DNA of 64,000 nt from Trueperaceae bacterium. Lineage in GTDB: Bacteria; Deinococcota; Deinococci; Deinococcales; Trueperaceae. The stretch covers positions 1,664,001 through 1,728,000 of the forward strand of contig CBDCDZ010000004.1 in the NCBI GenBank assembly GCA_965215565.1, read 5' to 3'. A program made the position numbers and the translations under genes. The notes beneath the pieces are model-generated. The model was not told where the DNA came from and did not search any database. It saw only the letters and a list, made by a program, of their open reading frames with translations. This document shows positions 8,577 through 17,220 of the stretch, in pieces (position 1 is the first letter of the stretch; each line of letters starts with the position of its first letter).

Positions 8577-10175
8577 TCACTCCACGGCTGGTTTAGCTGA
8601 CGCTTGCGCCGCGCCGTCCGGCTCGGGGACGCTGGGGGTAGGATGACGCGAGGTCTGCTCGAGCCTGTCCAGATCGAGGTGCCCGCGCATGAAGCGCTCC
8701 GAGGCGTCCTTAAAAGGCTGAAAGTCCCAGTGGGTGTTCACGCCCTGCGCCAGCGTCTCGAAGATGAAGCGGCGGCGCTGCTGGCTGTCAATCACCTCGT
8801 CGTGGAGCGCGCGAACGTCCCAGCGCGCGCTGACCTCTTCCGCGAACGATTGCCGTAACGCTTCGTGCTCGGCCCACCCCGCTAGATTCGTGCGCTCGTG
8901 CGGGTCAGCTTCAACGTCGAAGAGTTGCTCGGGGTCGGGCGGGCTGTAGATATATTTGTAGCGCCCACGCCGAATCATGAGGAGCGGCGCGACTGCGCCT
9001 TCGCCCAACATCTCGCCGTGAACAGTGCGTTCAGGCGGTTGCGCCGCGCCGTCCTCCAAAAGAGGGAGCAAGCTGCGCCCCTCCAAGGGCGAGACGTAGT
9101 CCGTTACACCGCCCGCCAGCTCGGTCAGCGTCGGCAGCATGTCCACGAGCGAGACATTTTGCGAGACGCGCCCCGGCGCGAACCGCCCCGGCGCGTGCAC
9201 GAGGAGCGGGATGCGCGCTGAGGATTCAAAAAAGGACATCTTGTACCAGAGCCCCCGTTCGCCCAACATCTCACCGTGGTCCGCCGTAAAAATGATGAGG
9301 GTGTTGTCGCGCTGTCCGGTTCTCTCTAACGCCTCTACAAGCTGCCCCACCTTGTCGTCGACGTAGCTGATCATGCCGTAGTAGGCGTGACGCGCGTTTT
9401 TCACGCGCGCCTCGGTCTGCTCGTACTCTCCTAACGCGCACGCAGCAAAGAGCCGCTGGCTGTGCGGGTCGAGTTCGTCGTAGGGCAGCGGCGGGATGGT
9501 GGGCAAATCGATCTCGTCATGGTCGTAGCGGTCCCAGTATTCCTGCGTGATGGCGAAGGGGTCATGCGGGTGCGTGAAGGACACGTTCAGAAAGAAGGGG
9601 CGCGGGTCCGGGCTGCGCGCCAAGTCGTACACCTTGCGCACGGCGCGAAACGCCACCTCCTCGTCGTAGTCGAGCTGATTGCTCGTCTCGCACACGCCCG
9701 CTTGCACCACGCTCAAGAGGTTGTGATACCAAGAAAAGCGCTCCCGCCGCGTCCAGTCGGGCGTCCAGCCGAAGTCCGAGGGGTAGATGTCCGTCGTCAG
9801 CCGCTCCTCGAAGCCGTGCAGTTGATCCGGCCCGACGAAGTGCATCTTGCCCGCGAGCGACGTAGCGTAGCCCGCCCTGCGCAGATAGTGGGCGAAGGTG
9901 GGCGTGTCGGCAGCGAGTAGTCCCGCGTTATCGAATGCGCCATTCTTCGAGGGAAGTTGCCCGGTGAGCATAGACGCCCTCGAGGGGCAGCAGAGCGGAC
10001 TGTTGCAGTAAGCGTTGTCGAACACGACGCCCTCTTGAGCCAACGCTGAGAGGTGCGGCGCGCGCACGAGCGGATGACCGTAAAAAGGCAGTGCGGCGGC
10101 GGCGAGTTGGTCCGCCATGATGAGGACGATATTGAGGGGTCGGGTATTCACCTGCGTATTCACCGAAGTATTCAC
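8577..10175 (-). CDS. betC: Choline-sulfatase
   Basis: IMADQL, formylglycine motif CCPSRASMLTG, GKMHFVGPDQLHGFEERLTTDIYP, choline-sulfatase C-terminal SQQRRR...WDFQP. Confidence 0.9.
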   Translation of the reverse strand: MNTSVNTQVNTRPLNIVLIMADQLAAAALPFYGHPLVRAPHLSALAQEGVVFDNAYCNSPLCCPSRASMLTGQLPSKNGAFDNAGLLAADTPTFAHYLRRAGYATSLAGKMHFVGPDQLHGFEERLTTDIYPSDFGWTPDWTRRERFSWYHNLLSVVQAGVCETSNQLDYDEEVAFRAVRKVYDLARSPDPRPFFLNVSFTHPHDPFAITQEYWDRYDHDEIDLPTIPPLPYDELDPHSQRLFAACALGEYEQTEARVKNARHAYYGMISYVDDKVGQLVEALERTGQRDNTLIIFTADHGEMLGERGLWYKMSFFESSARIPLLVHAPGRFAPGRVSQNVSLVDMLPTLTELAGGVTDYVSPLEGRSLLPLLEDGAAQPPERTVHGEMLGEGAVAPLLMIRRGRYKYIYSPPDPEQLFDVEADPHERTNLAGWAEHEALRQSFAEEVSARWDVRALHDEVIDSQQRRRFIFETLAQGVNTHWDFQPFKDASERFMRGHLDLDRLEQTSRHPTPSVPEPDGAAQASAKPAVE

Positions 10176-10396
10176 GACGTCACCCTATCAAAATCGTTAA
10201 GGCTGAATGAACCCTCACCTCTGTGAAACACTTCTCATTCTACTTATACTAAGTTGTATCCAGAAAGAGCGCCACGATAGGCGAAGGCTAGCTTAATATT
10301 GTGACAGTACTCGGCTTAAACGTTCATAGGTGCAGTGGTGGCGCTCTTGGATATCTGAGGTGGAGTAAACGACTGGGGGGCTAAAAGGAGCCTAGC

Positions 10397-11440
10397 ATGG
10401 CAGGGAAAAAGCGCATTGACTGGGTTGACTACGCGAAGGGTATCACCATCATCCTCGTCGTCTTTCACCACGCGATCGGCACGAGCCCTATCTACCAGAG
10501 CAGCGTCGCTGAGGGCTTACAGACCTTCGACAGGTGGCTGACCTACTTCCGAATGCCCCTCTTTATCTTTATCGCGGGGCTTTTCATCAAAAAGGCACTG
10601 TATTCTGAGTGGGCGGTGTTTCTCGAGACAAAGGTTTTCCACTTTCTCTACCTCTTCACATTGTGGTCTTTCATTAAAGAGGTCCTCGTACCCCTGGGTA
10701 TCAACCTCTTGCAGGGGGATGTGGCAGAAATCGCTGGAATTATCAACCCACTCAACTTCGCCGCGATCTTCGTCACGCCCCCCAACACGCTCTGGTTCAT
10801 TTACGCGCTGCTCATCTTTTTCGCCCTTATGCGGCTCTGTAAAGGCGTACCGCCCGCTATCATCTTCGCTGTCGCCGCCGCCATCTACGTTTTAACCACT
10901 ACCGCCCACACCACCGAACCACTCTTCTACCAGCGCCTCGGACACCTCTTTCCGTTTTTTGCGCTCGGCTATTTCGGCTCGGTACAGGTGCGCACCTTTG
11001 CCGAACACGTCAAGCCCTATCATCTCCTTATCGCGCCCCTCTACTTTCTCCTGGCGTCGCGGCTCTTAGCGGCGAACAGCGGCGCGGACGCCCTTATCTT
11101 CGTCGCCGAACTCATGGGCATCACCACGGGCATCGTTATCGCTAAGCTCACCGCCGACTTTTTAGCCGCCAGTGCACTCAGGCGCGTCGGTGCACACTCG
11201 CTCGCAGTCTATCTGGGGCACTTCTTCCCCATTGTAATGGTCAGCGTGCTCGCTGAGCGAGGGTTCATCCGCGGCGAACTCCTCGTGTTCGGGCTCGAGA
11301 TCAGTTTAGGTATCCTCTTGCCCATCGCGCTATTTAAGATGTGCGAGCACTTCGGCTGGGGGTGGCTCTACCGCGTCCCCAAACCTTTGCGCTTACCGCG
11401 CCGCCGCGTTTCCGGGGTGGAGCGTGGATTAGAAAGTTAG
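10397..11440 (+). CDS. Acyltransferase family 3 membrane protein
   Basis: RIDWVDYAKGITIILVVFHH, FRMPLFIFIAG, LWFIYAL. Multiple TM segments. AAGGAG RBS. Confidence 0.88.
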   Translation: MAGKKRIDWVDYAKGITIILVVFHHAIGTSPIYQSSVAEGLQTFDRWLTYFRMPLFIFIAGLFIKKALYSEWAVFLETKVFHFLYLFTLWSFIKEVLVPLGINLLQGDVAEIAGIINPLNFAAIFVTPPNTLWFIYALLIFFALMRLCKGVPPAIIFAVAAAIYVLTTTAHTTEPLFYQRLGHLFPFFALGYFGSVQVRTFAEHVKPYHLLIAPLYFLLASRLLAANSGADALIFVAELMGITTGIVIAKLTADFLAASALRRVGAHSLAVYLGHFFPIVMVSVLAERGFIRGELLVFGLEISLGILLPIALFKMCEHFGWGWLYRVPKPLRLPRRRVSGVERGLES

Positions 11441-12171
11441 ACGCCGACGAGTTGACTCTCTTGCACCTTGTCCACGAACGCCTTGAAGGGTGCAAAGTGT
11501 TCGGGGTAGCGTTCGAAGCTCATCTCGGGGTGCCACTGTACGCCTAATACGTAGTGTGAAGAGGTGCTCTCGATGGCTTCGATCACGCCGTCACTGCTCC
11601 TCGCGGTCACGCGCAAATCTTCGCCTAAGCGTTCGACGGCTTGATGGTGGTACGAGTTGGTGCGGACGACGTTGGAGCCAAAGGCTTTGGCGAGGTGGGA
11701 GTCAGGCTCGAGCCTCACCCCGTGCGAAGGTGCGCCGCCGATGTTCGTCTGCTCGTGCTGAACGGCGTTCGCTAAGTCGGGCACGTGCTGGTGGAGCGTG
11801 CCGCCCTGCGCCACGTTGATGAGTTGGATGCCCCTGCAAATGCCCAAGACGGGCACGTTGCGCGCTTTGGCGGCGCGGTACAGGGCGAGTTCGAAGTGGT
11901 CTCTGGCGGGGTCCACCACGCCCAACTCCGGGTGCGGCTCCGCGCCGTAGAAGCCGGGGTCCACGTCGATGCCGCCCGTGAAGAGGATGCCGTCCGCGCT
12001 CTCCAGGAACGCCTCTGCCATCTCGGGCACCAGGTTACTCACCAAGAGGGGTAAGCCGCCCGCTTGGGCGATGGCTTCGGCGTAGTTCTGTCCGCCGACG
12101 GAGTCCATGCGGCGCAGGCTGTGGTTGCGGAAGCTCGAAGCGGTCGTCATGAGGATACGAGGGCGCGTCAT
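11437..12171 (-). CDS. Gamma-glutamyl-gamma-aminobutyrate hydrolase / peptidase C26 family
   Basis: FTGGID, LGICRGIQ, NSYHHQAV, GVQWHPE. Confidence 0.9.
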   Translation of the reverse strand: MTRPRILMTTASSFRNHSLRRMDSVGGQNYAEAIAQAGGLPLLVSNLVPEMAEAFLESADGILFTGGIDVDPGFYGAEPHPELGVVDPARDHFELALYRAAKARNVPVLGICRGIQLINVAQGGTLHQHVPDLANAVQHEQTNIGGAPSHGVRLEPDSHLAKAFGSNVVRTNSYHHQAVERLGEDLRVTARSSDGVIEAIESTSSHYVLGVQWHPEMSFERYPEHFAPFKAFVDKVQESQLVGV

Positions 12172-12262
12172 CTGCGTAGCTTAGCAAGTTGCGCAACAGG
12201 AGAACGTGTTCAACCGAACAGCCGAGTGAGCAGGGGTTGACATTGAGGCTTTTTACGTCCAA

Positions 12263-12458
12263 TAGCAGGTTACTTCGTATAGCTTCGCTCAATCATCTGG
12301 TCAGAGTGTACGAAGTCCTGCGAAGCAACACTACCACTGTAAGAAACACTATTCAGCGCGCACATTATAGGATGAAATCCCGCTAGTCCTCTTCTGCGAA
12401 GCCTGCGTAACGGACAGAGACCTGCGCTCATTTGTCTCGGTATGCCTTGGAAGTGCTG
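12263..12458 (+). mobile_element. MITE-like repeat, copy 2
   Basis: TAGCAGGT...ATCATCTGGTCAGAG...TGTCTCGGTATGCCTTGGAAGTGCTG. 3-bp flanking duplication CAA/CAA. Confidence 0.8.
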
Positions 12459-12473
12459 CAAGTTTTCCACAGA

Positions 12474-13218
12474 CTACGCGGTGAGAATCAGCGGCTTACC
12501 CTTCGTGATGACTACCGTATGCTCGAAGTGCGCAGTGAGGCTACCGTCCCTCGTGCCGACAGTCCAGCCGTCCGCCCCCGTGACGGCGCGGCTCCGTTTA
12601 ACCGAGACCATCGGCTCGACGGCGAGAACCAAACCGTCAGTGAGCTTCGTGCGGTGGGTGTTGGGAGTGGTAGAAGTTGAGCACGGACGGCTCCTCGTGA
12701 ATTGTGCGCCCCAAGCTGTGACCAGACAGCTCACGAATGACGTGAAACCCACGGCGCTTGACCTCTTTCTCCACCGCGCGCCCAATGACGTGGACGGGCT
12801 TGCCTACTTTGGCAACCTTTAGCGCCGCCCAGAACGCAGCTTCGGCGCAGGCGACGAGCGCGTCCGCTTCGCCCCTATCAGGCGGAACGACGACGGTCAG
12901 CGCGGCGTCCGCGATGAACCCGCCGACGGACGGCGTCACGTCGAGCTTGACGACGTCGCCGGGTCTCAGCGGTCTCAGGGTAGGTAGCCCGTGCACCACG
13001 TCCTCGTTGACCGAGATAAACGCATTTACGGGTGCACCGTACACGAGACGCGGCGCAGACGTCGCGCCGTGACGCGCGTAGACGTCCGCGCATAGCGCGT
13101 CGAGTTCCACCGGCGTGACGCCCGGTCTCACCGCCGCTTTCATCGCCCGCAACGCTTCGGCGACGACTGCGCCCGCGCGTTGCATCGCCTTCAATTCAGC
13201 TTCCGTCCTGATAGACAT
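12474..13218 (-). pseudogene. map: Type I methionine aminopeptidase, frameshifted
   Basis: The N-part ([27 protein letters not shown]) and the C-part ([18 protein letters not shown]) lie in different frames. The shift is at ~12652-12660 (CACCCACC on the minus strand). Confidence 0.85.
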
Positions 13219-13230
13219 ACGTTCTCCTCA

Positions 13231-13362
13231 TAGCAGGTATCATCTGGTTTGAGTGAATGAAATTGTGCGAAGCAACACTCTCACTATATGAAACGACGTT
13301 TAGCACGCACATTCGATGATGATACCTGCGGCGTTCTGTCTCAGTATGTCGTGGAACTGCTA
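13231..13362 (+). mobile_element. MITE-like repeat, copy 3
   Basis: TAGCAGGTATCATCTGGTTTGAG...TGTCTCAGTATGTCGTGGAACTGCTA. Flanking duplication TCA/TCA. Confidence 0.85.
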
Positions 13363-13367
13363 TCACT

Positions 13368-13835
13368 TCAGGCGTTCGGTCTCAGCAAGTGCTCCAGACA
13401 GGGTCCGTACGTCACCCCTTGCCGAAAATCTTCCGCGAGGTCTTCGATGGTCACTTCTGAGAGCGCGGCTAAGAGCGCGTCGCGGACGCGCTGCCAAACC
13501 GAAGTGCGCGCGTGGCAGCGCCCCTCCTCTTGGCACGGCTCGTGCCAGTTGAGGCTGATGCACGAGAGCGGCGCGACGGGACCGTCAATGGCTCTCATCA
13601 CGTCGCGCAAGGTAGTGAGGTGCGCAGGCTTAAAGAGCGCGTAGCCGCCGCCCGTCCCCTTCTTCGAGGCGACGATATCTTTCGCGGAGAGTTGCGCTAA
13701 GATGCGCACTAGGTAAGGACGCGCCACGCCCGTCACCTCGCTTATTTCGTCGCTACCAACCCAGCGTCCGGGAGGCTGCGTCCCTAGAAAGCCCAACGCT
13801 TGCAGAGCGTAAATATCCGTTGCCGAAAGCCTCAT
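13368..13835 (-). CDS. Rrf2 family transcriptional regulator (3 Cys, probable Fe-S)
   Basis: YLVRILAQL...[19 protein letters not shown]...[14 protein letters not shown] 5 nt before the ATG. Confidence 0.9.
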   Translation of the reverse strand: MRLSATDIYALQALGFLGTQPPGRWVGSDEISEVTGVARPYLVRILAQLSAKDIVASKKGTGGGYALFKPAHLTTLRDVMRAIDGPVAPLSCISLNWHEPCQEEGRCHARTSVWQRVRDALLAALSEVTIEDLAEDFRQGVTYGPCLEHLLRPNA

Positions 13836-13931
13836 GACGCATTATACGCCGCTGAGAGGTTTTTCTCGAGAAAGTCAGGTGAGGCTCGAGTCCCTCCTCT
13901 TAGCGCCGCCAAAATAGGGCTCGGCAAGGTA

Positions 13932-14003
13932 GTAGCTCCATCTGCAATGGCGCCGGTGTCAAAGCAAGGGGTTGAAACCCCTTGTTCATCGTATGGAGAT
14001 GGC
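13932..14003 (+). repeat. Dispersed palindromic repeat family B, copy 2
   Basis: GTAGCTCCATCTGCAATGGCGCCGGTGTCAAAGCAAGGGGTTGAAACCCCTTGTTC matches the reverse complement of 8464-8554. Confidence 0.7.
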
Positions 14004-14109
14004 AGAAGTAGCGCGCGGCGGTATCCGACTTAGAAGCGCTACCCTTAGCAAGAGCGAAAGAGGCCCAAGAAAATAGCGTTCGACATAATCATCTATAAAA
14101 AGTAGGTAC

Positions 14110-14139
14110 AAAAAAACGCGAGAGGTCACGACCTCTCGC
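14110..14139 (-). terminator. Rho-independent terminator of rpmE
   Basis: GCGAGAGGTC/GACCTCTCGC hairpin followed by a T-run on the minus strand. Confidence 0.75.
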
Positions 14140-14157
14140 AAAACTGGGTGGCGCGTT

Positions 14158-14379
14158 TTATTTCTTGCGGTTGCGGCGGTAGCTCTCACCGAAACGCTTC
14201 TGGAACTTCTCTACGCGCCCTTCGGTGTCGATGAAGCGCTGCTGTCCGGTGTAGAAAGGGTGGTTGCCCGACCACACGTCCACGCGGACCTCTTCTTTGG
14301 TGCTGTAGGTTTCCATGACGACTTCGCCGTCGCAGTAGACCTTGCAGGGGACCATCTTGGGGTGAATATCTTTTTTCAT
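14158..14379 (-). CDS. rpmE: 50S ribosomal protein L31
   Basis: MKKDIHP...VDVWSGNHPFYTGQQRFIDTEGRVEKFQKRF. AAGGAG RBS. Confidence 0.97.
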   Translation of the reverse strand: MKKDIHPKMVPCKVYCDGEVVMETYSTKEEVRVDVWSGNHPFYTGQQRFIDTEGRVEKFQKRFGESYRRNRKK

Positions 14380-14391
14380 ATCTCTCCTTAC

Positions 14392-14540
14392 GCGGGGTGT
14401 AGAGGTTGAAAATGCCAGGTTAAAGCGGCGCAGACTCTAGCTCGAGGCGAGCGGCCTTATCCCTGGAGTGTGTTCCGCAGTCCTTTATTTGTAGCGCTCA
14501 TAGCTGGATAAAACACCGCTAAAGACCTGCTATACCCCGC
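14392..14540 (-). promoter_or_regulatory. Long rod-like structured 5' leader of rpmE (candidate cis-regulatory RNA)
   Basis: Nested pairings GCGGGGTATAG/CTACACCCCGC, CAGGT/ACCTG, AGCGGTG/CGCCGCT, GAGCG/CGCTC. Extended -10 TGCTACAAT just upstream (~14553-14561). Confidence 0.5.
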
Positions 14541-14823
14541 AAGCCAAAGCTGATTGTAGCAGATATGCCGCCCCTTTGCACAGCGCGTTGGACGCGCCTT
14601 GCTCGGAGCCCCTCGAGCCGACATCGCTCAGGGTCTTCAAGGTGTGTCGCAACGCTTTTAGAACGCCGCTCAACGCGGCTCGGCGAGGTGGTAAATTGGC
14701 GGGGATGACAACCCAAACCCTGCGGACACGCCCCGACGGAGCACACCAGACTCGAGCGTCCCGCACCCAACGGAAAGGTGATTTTTAGAACGTGAGTGCG
14801 GCTCCGGCACACCTCTTGATATA

Positions 14824-15022
14824 AAGCAGTTCATAGAAGTACTGAATTGGAATAGCGCAAGCCTCAGTTCGAAGAACTAGCGGGATTTCATTTAAGAATG
14901 TGTGTGTTCGCCGGTGTTCTCTAACGTGAGACTGGCTCAAACCAAATGAAGTTCCGCTCTCAGGCAAAGCCATCCCGCTAGGCTTCGCCTGAGAGCGGGA
15001 CGGCTCCGCCTGAGACTTGCTA
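14824..15022 (-). mobile_element. MITE-like repeat, copy 4 (diverged, nested inserts)
   Basis: Minus strand TAGCAAGTCTCAGGCGGAGCC...TTCATTTGGTTTGAG...TCAGTACTTCTATGAACTGCTT. Matches the start of copy 1. Confidence 0.75.
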
Positions 15023-15062
15023 TATAGATCAGATACGCGCGAATACAAAGATAGGAGACCCG

Positions 15063-16109
15063 ATGGACATCATCCGCTACCTGGATGAACACGGCAAACC
15101 CTCTCGAGACATCCCTTTTGAAGGTCACGAGTTGGTGAGAGGCTACCGCGCCCTGCGCCGCACCCGCTTCTTCGACGAGCGCGCCGAGGTGTTGCAGCGC
15201 CAGGGCAAGCTGGGCGTCTATCCGCCCTATAGGGGGCAAGAAGCCGCGCAAGTCGGCACGGCGTTGGCGCTTAAAGAGGACGACTGGCTCGTGCCCTCAT
15301 ACCGCGAGAGCGCCGCCGCGCTCGTTCACGGGCTGCCGCTGCACATGCTCATCCTCTTCTGGCGAGCGCATCCGGCTGGCTGGCGCTTTCCAGACGGGTT
15401 GCGCATCTTGCCCTTCTATATCCCCATCGCGACGCAACTCCCGCAAGCGGTAGGCGTCGCGCACGCGAGTAGGTATAAGGGTGAGGACGCGGTGGCGATG
15501 ACCTATATCGGCGACGGCGGCACCTCCGAGGGCGACTTTCACGAAGCGCTCAATTTCGCCTCGGTCTTTGACGCGCCCGTGGTCTTCGTCGTGCAGAATA
15601 ACGGCTGGGCGATCAGCGTGCCCACCGCTAAGCAGATGAAGGTCAAACAGATCGCGCACCGCGCCAAAGGTTATGACATGCCCGGCGTCATCGTGGACGG
15701 CAACGACCTCGTGGCGGTGTGGCACACCGCGAAAGAGGCGGTGGCGCGGGCGCGGGCGGGCGGCGGACCCACGCTCATCGAAGCCATGACCTACCGCGTC
15801 GCGCCGCACACCACCTCGGACGACCCGAGCCGCTACAGAGGCGAGGCGGACACGGAGGTGTGGATGGGACGAGAGCCCGTCAAGCGGATGCGCACGGCGC
15901 TTAGAGACCTTGAACTCTGGGACGACGAACAAGAGGACGACCTCTTAGCGGACCTCAAAGACGAACTCGCCGACGCCGTTCAAAAGGCGGACGACGCATC
16001 CACACCGCAACCGCAAGAGATTGTGGAGCACGTCTTCGAGACGATGAGCCCGGACCAGCGGCGGGCGTGGGAAACGCTGAAAGGGGGCGCACGTGCAAAC
16101 GCTCAATAA
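15063..16109 (+). CDS. pdhA: 2-oxoacid (pyruvate/branched-chain) dehydrogenase E1 alpha
   Basis: [11 protein letters not shown] motif [17 protein letters not shown]...[18 protein letters not shown]. Confidence 0.9.
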   Translation: MDIIRYLDEHGKPSRDIPFEGHELVRGYRALRRTRFFDERAEVLQRQGKLGVYPPYRGQEAAQVGTALALKEDDWLVPSYRESAAALVHGLPLHMLILFWRAHPAGWRFPDGLRILPFYIPIATQLPQAVGVAHASRYKGEDAVAMTYIGDGGTSEGDFHEALNFASVFDAPVVFVVQNNGWAISVPTAKQMKVKQIAHRAKGYDMPGVIVDGNDLVAVWHTAKEAVARARAGGGPTLIEAMTYRVAPHTTSDDPSRYRGEADTEVWMGREPVKRMRTALRDLELWDDEQEDDLLADLKDELADAVQKADDASTPQPQEIVEHVFETMSPDQRRAWETLKGGARANAQ

Positions 16110-17130
16110 ACAAACGCTCAGTAAAGAGGTGAGCCGAAGCGAGCAGGCGACGAAGCAGATGAACATGGTGCAAGCGATCAACGACGCTTTGGACGTAGCC
16201 CTTGGGAGAGACGACACCGTCTTGGTCTTCGGCGAAGACGTCGGCACGATGGGCGGCGTGTTTCGGGCGACGGACAACCTGCAAACCAAGTACGGCGAGC
16301 GCCGCGTGTTCGACACACCTCTAGCGGAGGCGGGCATCGCGGGCTTCGGCATCGGTTTAGGGCTAGCCGGACTCAGACCCGTCGCCGAGATGCAGTTCGC
16401 GGGCTTTATCTACCCCGCGTTAGACCAAATCCTGTCACACTTAGGGCGCTACCGCCACCGCACGCGGGGGCGCTTTTCCATCCCAATGGTGATTCGCGCG
16501 CCCTATGGCGGCGGCGTCCACACGCCCGAGCAACACGCCGACTCGCCCGAGGCGATCCTGACGCACGTGCCGGGCGTCAAAGTGGTGATCCCTTCCTCGC
16601 CTGCACGCGCCAAAGGGCTCCTCTTAGCCGCGATCGACGACCCTGACCCGGTGTTCTTTTTGGAAGCCATCAAGCTCTACCGCTCGTCGAAAGAAGAGGT
16701 ACCCGAGGGCTACTACACCCACGAACTCGGCAAGGCTCGAGTCGTCAGAGAGGGCGACGCCGCGACGCTCATCGGCTACGGCGGAATGATCGAGATATGT
16801 CAGAAGGCGGCGGATGTGGCTTCGAGAGAAGGCGTAGAACTCGAGATCGTCGACTTAGAGACCCTCACCCCCTTCGACAGCGAAACCGTGATTCAGTCGG
16901 TGCAAAAAACAGGGCGCGCCGTCGTCGTGTACGAAGCAGCGCGGACCGGCGGCTTCGGCGCGGAGGTGGCGGCGCGCATCGCGGAGGAGGCGCTCTATTC
17001 GCTCGAGGCTCCCGTCTTGCGCGTTGCGGGCTGGGACGCACCTTATCCGCCCTTTTCGTCCATCGAGCATCACTACCGCCCGGACGCGAGGCGAGTATTG
17101 GAGGCGGTTAAGCGTGTGCTGAGCGCGTAA
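16093..17130 (+). CDS. pdhB: 2-oxoacid dehydrogenase E1 beta
   Basis: [35 protein letters not shown]. Confidence 0.9.
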   Translation: MQTLNKQTLSKEVSRSEQATKQMNMVQAINDALDVALGRDDTVLVFGEDVGTMGGVFRATDNLQTKYGERRVFDTPLAEAGIAGFGIGLGLAGLRPVAEMQFAGFIYPALDQILSHLGRYRHRTRGRFSIPMVIRAPYGGGVHTPEQHADSPEAILTHVPGVKVVIPSSPARAKGLLLAAIDDPDPVFFLEAIKLYRSSKEEVPEGYYTHELGKARVVREGDAATLIGYGGMIEICQKAADVASREGVELEIVDLETLTPFDSETVIQSVQKTGRAVVVYEAARTGGFGAEVAARIAEEALYSLEAPVLRVAGWDAPYPPFSSIEHHYRPDARRVLEAVKRVLSA

Positions 17131-17167
17131 GGTCACAGCGTTATCTGTACGAGAGGGAGCGTGCGGC

Positions 17168-17195
17168 GTAGGGGCGATTCATGAATCGCCCCTAC
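17168..17195. repeat. GTAG-type REP palindrome
   Basis: Perfect palindrome GTAGGGGCGATTCATGAATCGCCCCTAC between convergent genes. Confidence 0.8.
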
Positions 17196-17220
17196 ACAGC
17201 GCCGCGTTGCCCTTCACCGT

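Noticed and set aside
14630..14645. tRNA-Sec-like GGTCTTCAA
   Set aside because: No anticodon stem complement, T-loop or acceptor stem is present.
14944..15015. Glycine riboswitch (CTCTCAGG motif) upstream of pdhA
   Set aside because: The motif is explained by nested inserts in MITE copy 4, and the upstream GGAGA/CCGAAG aptamer elements are missing.
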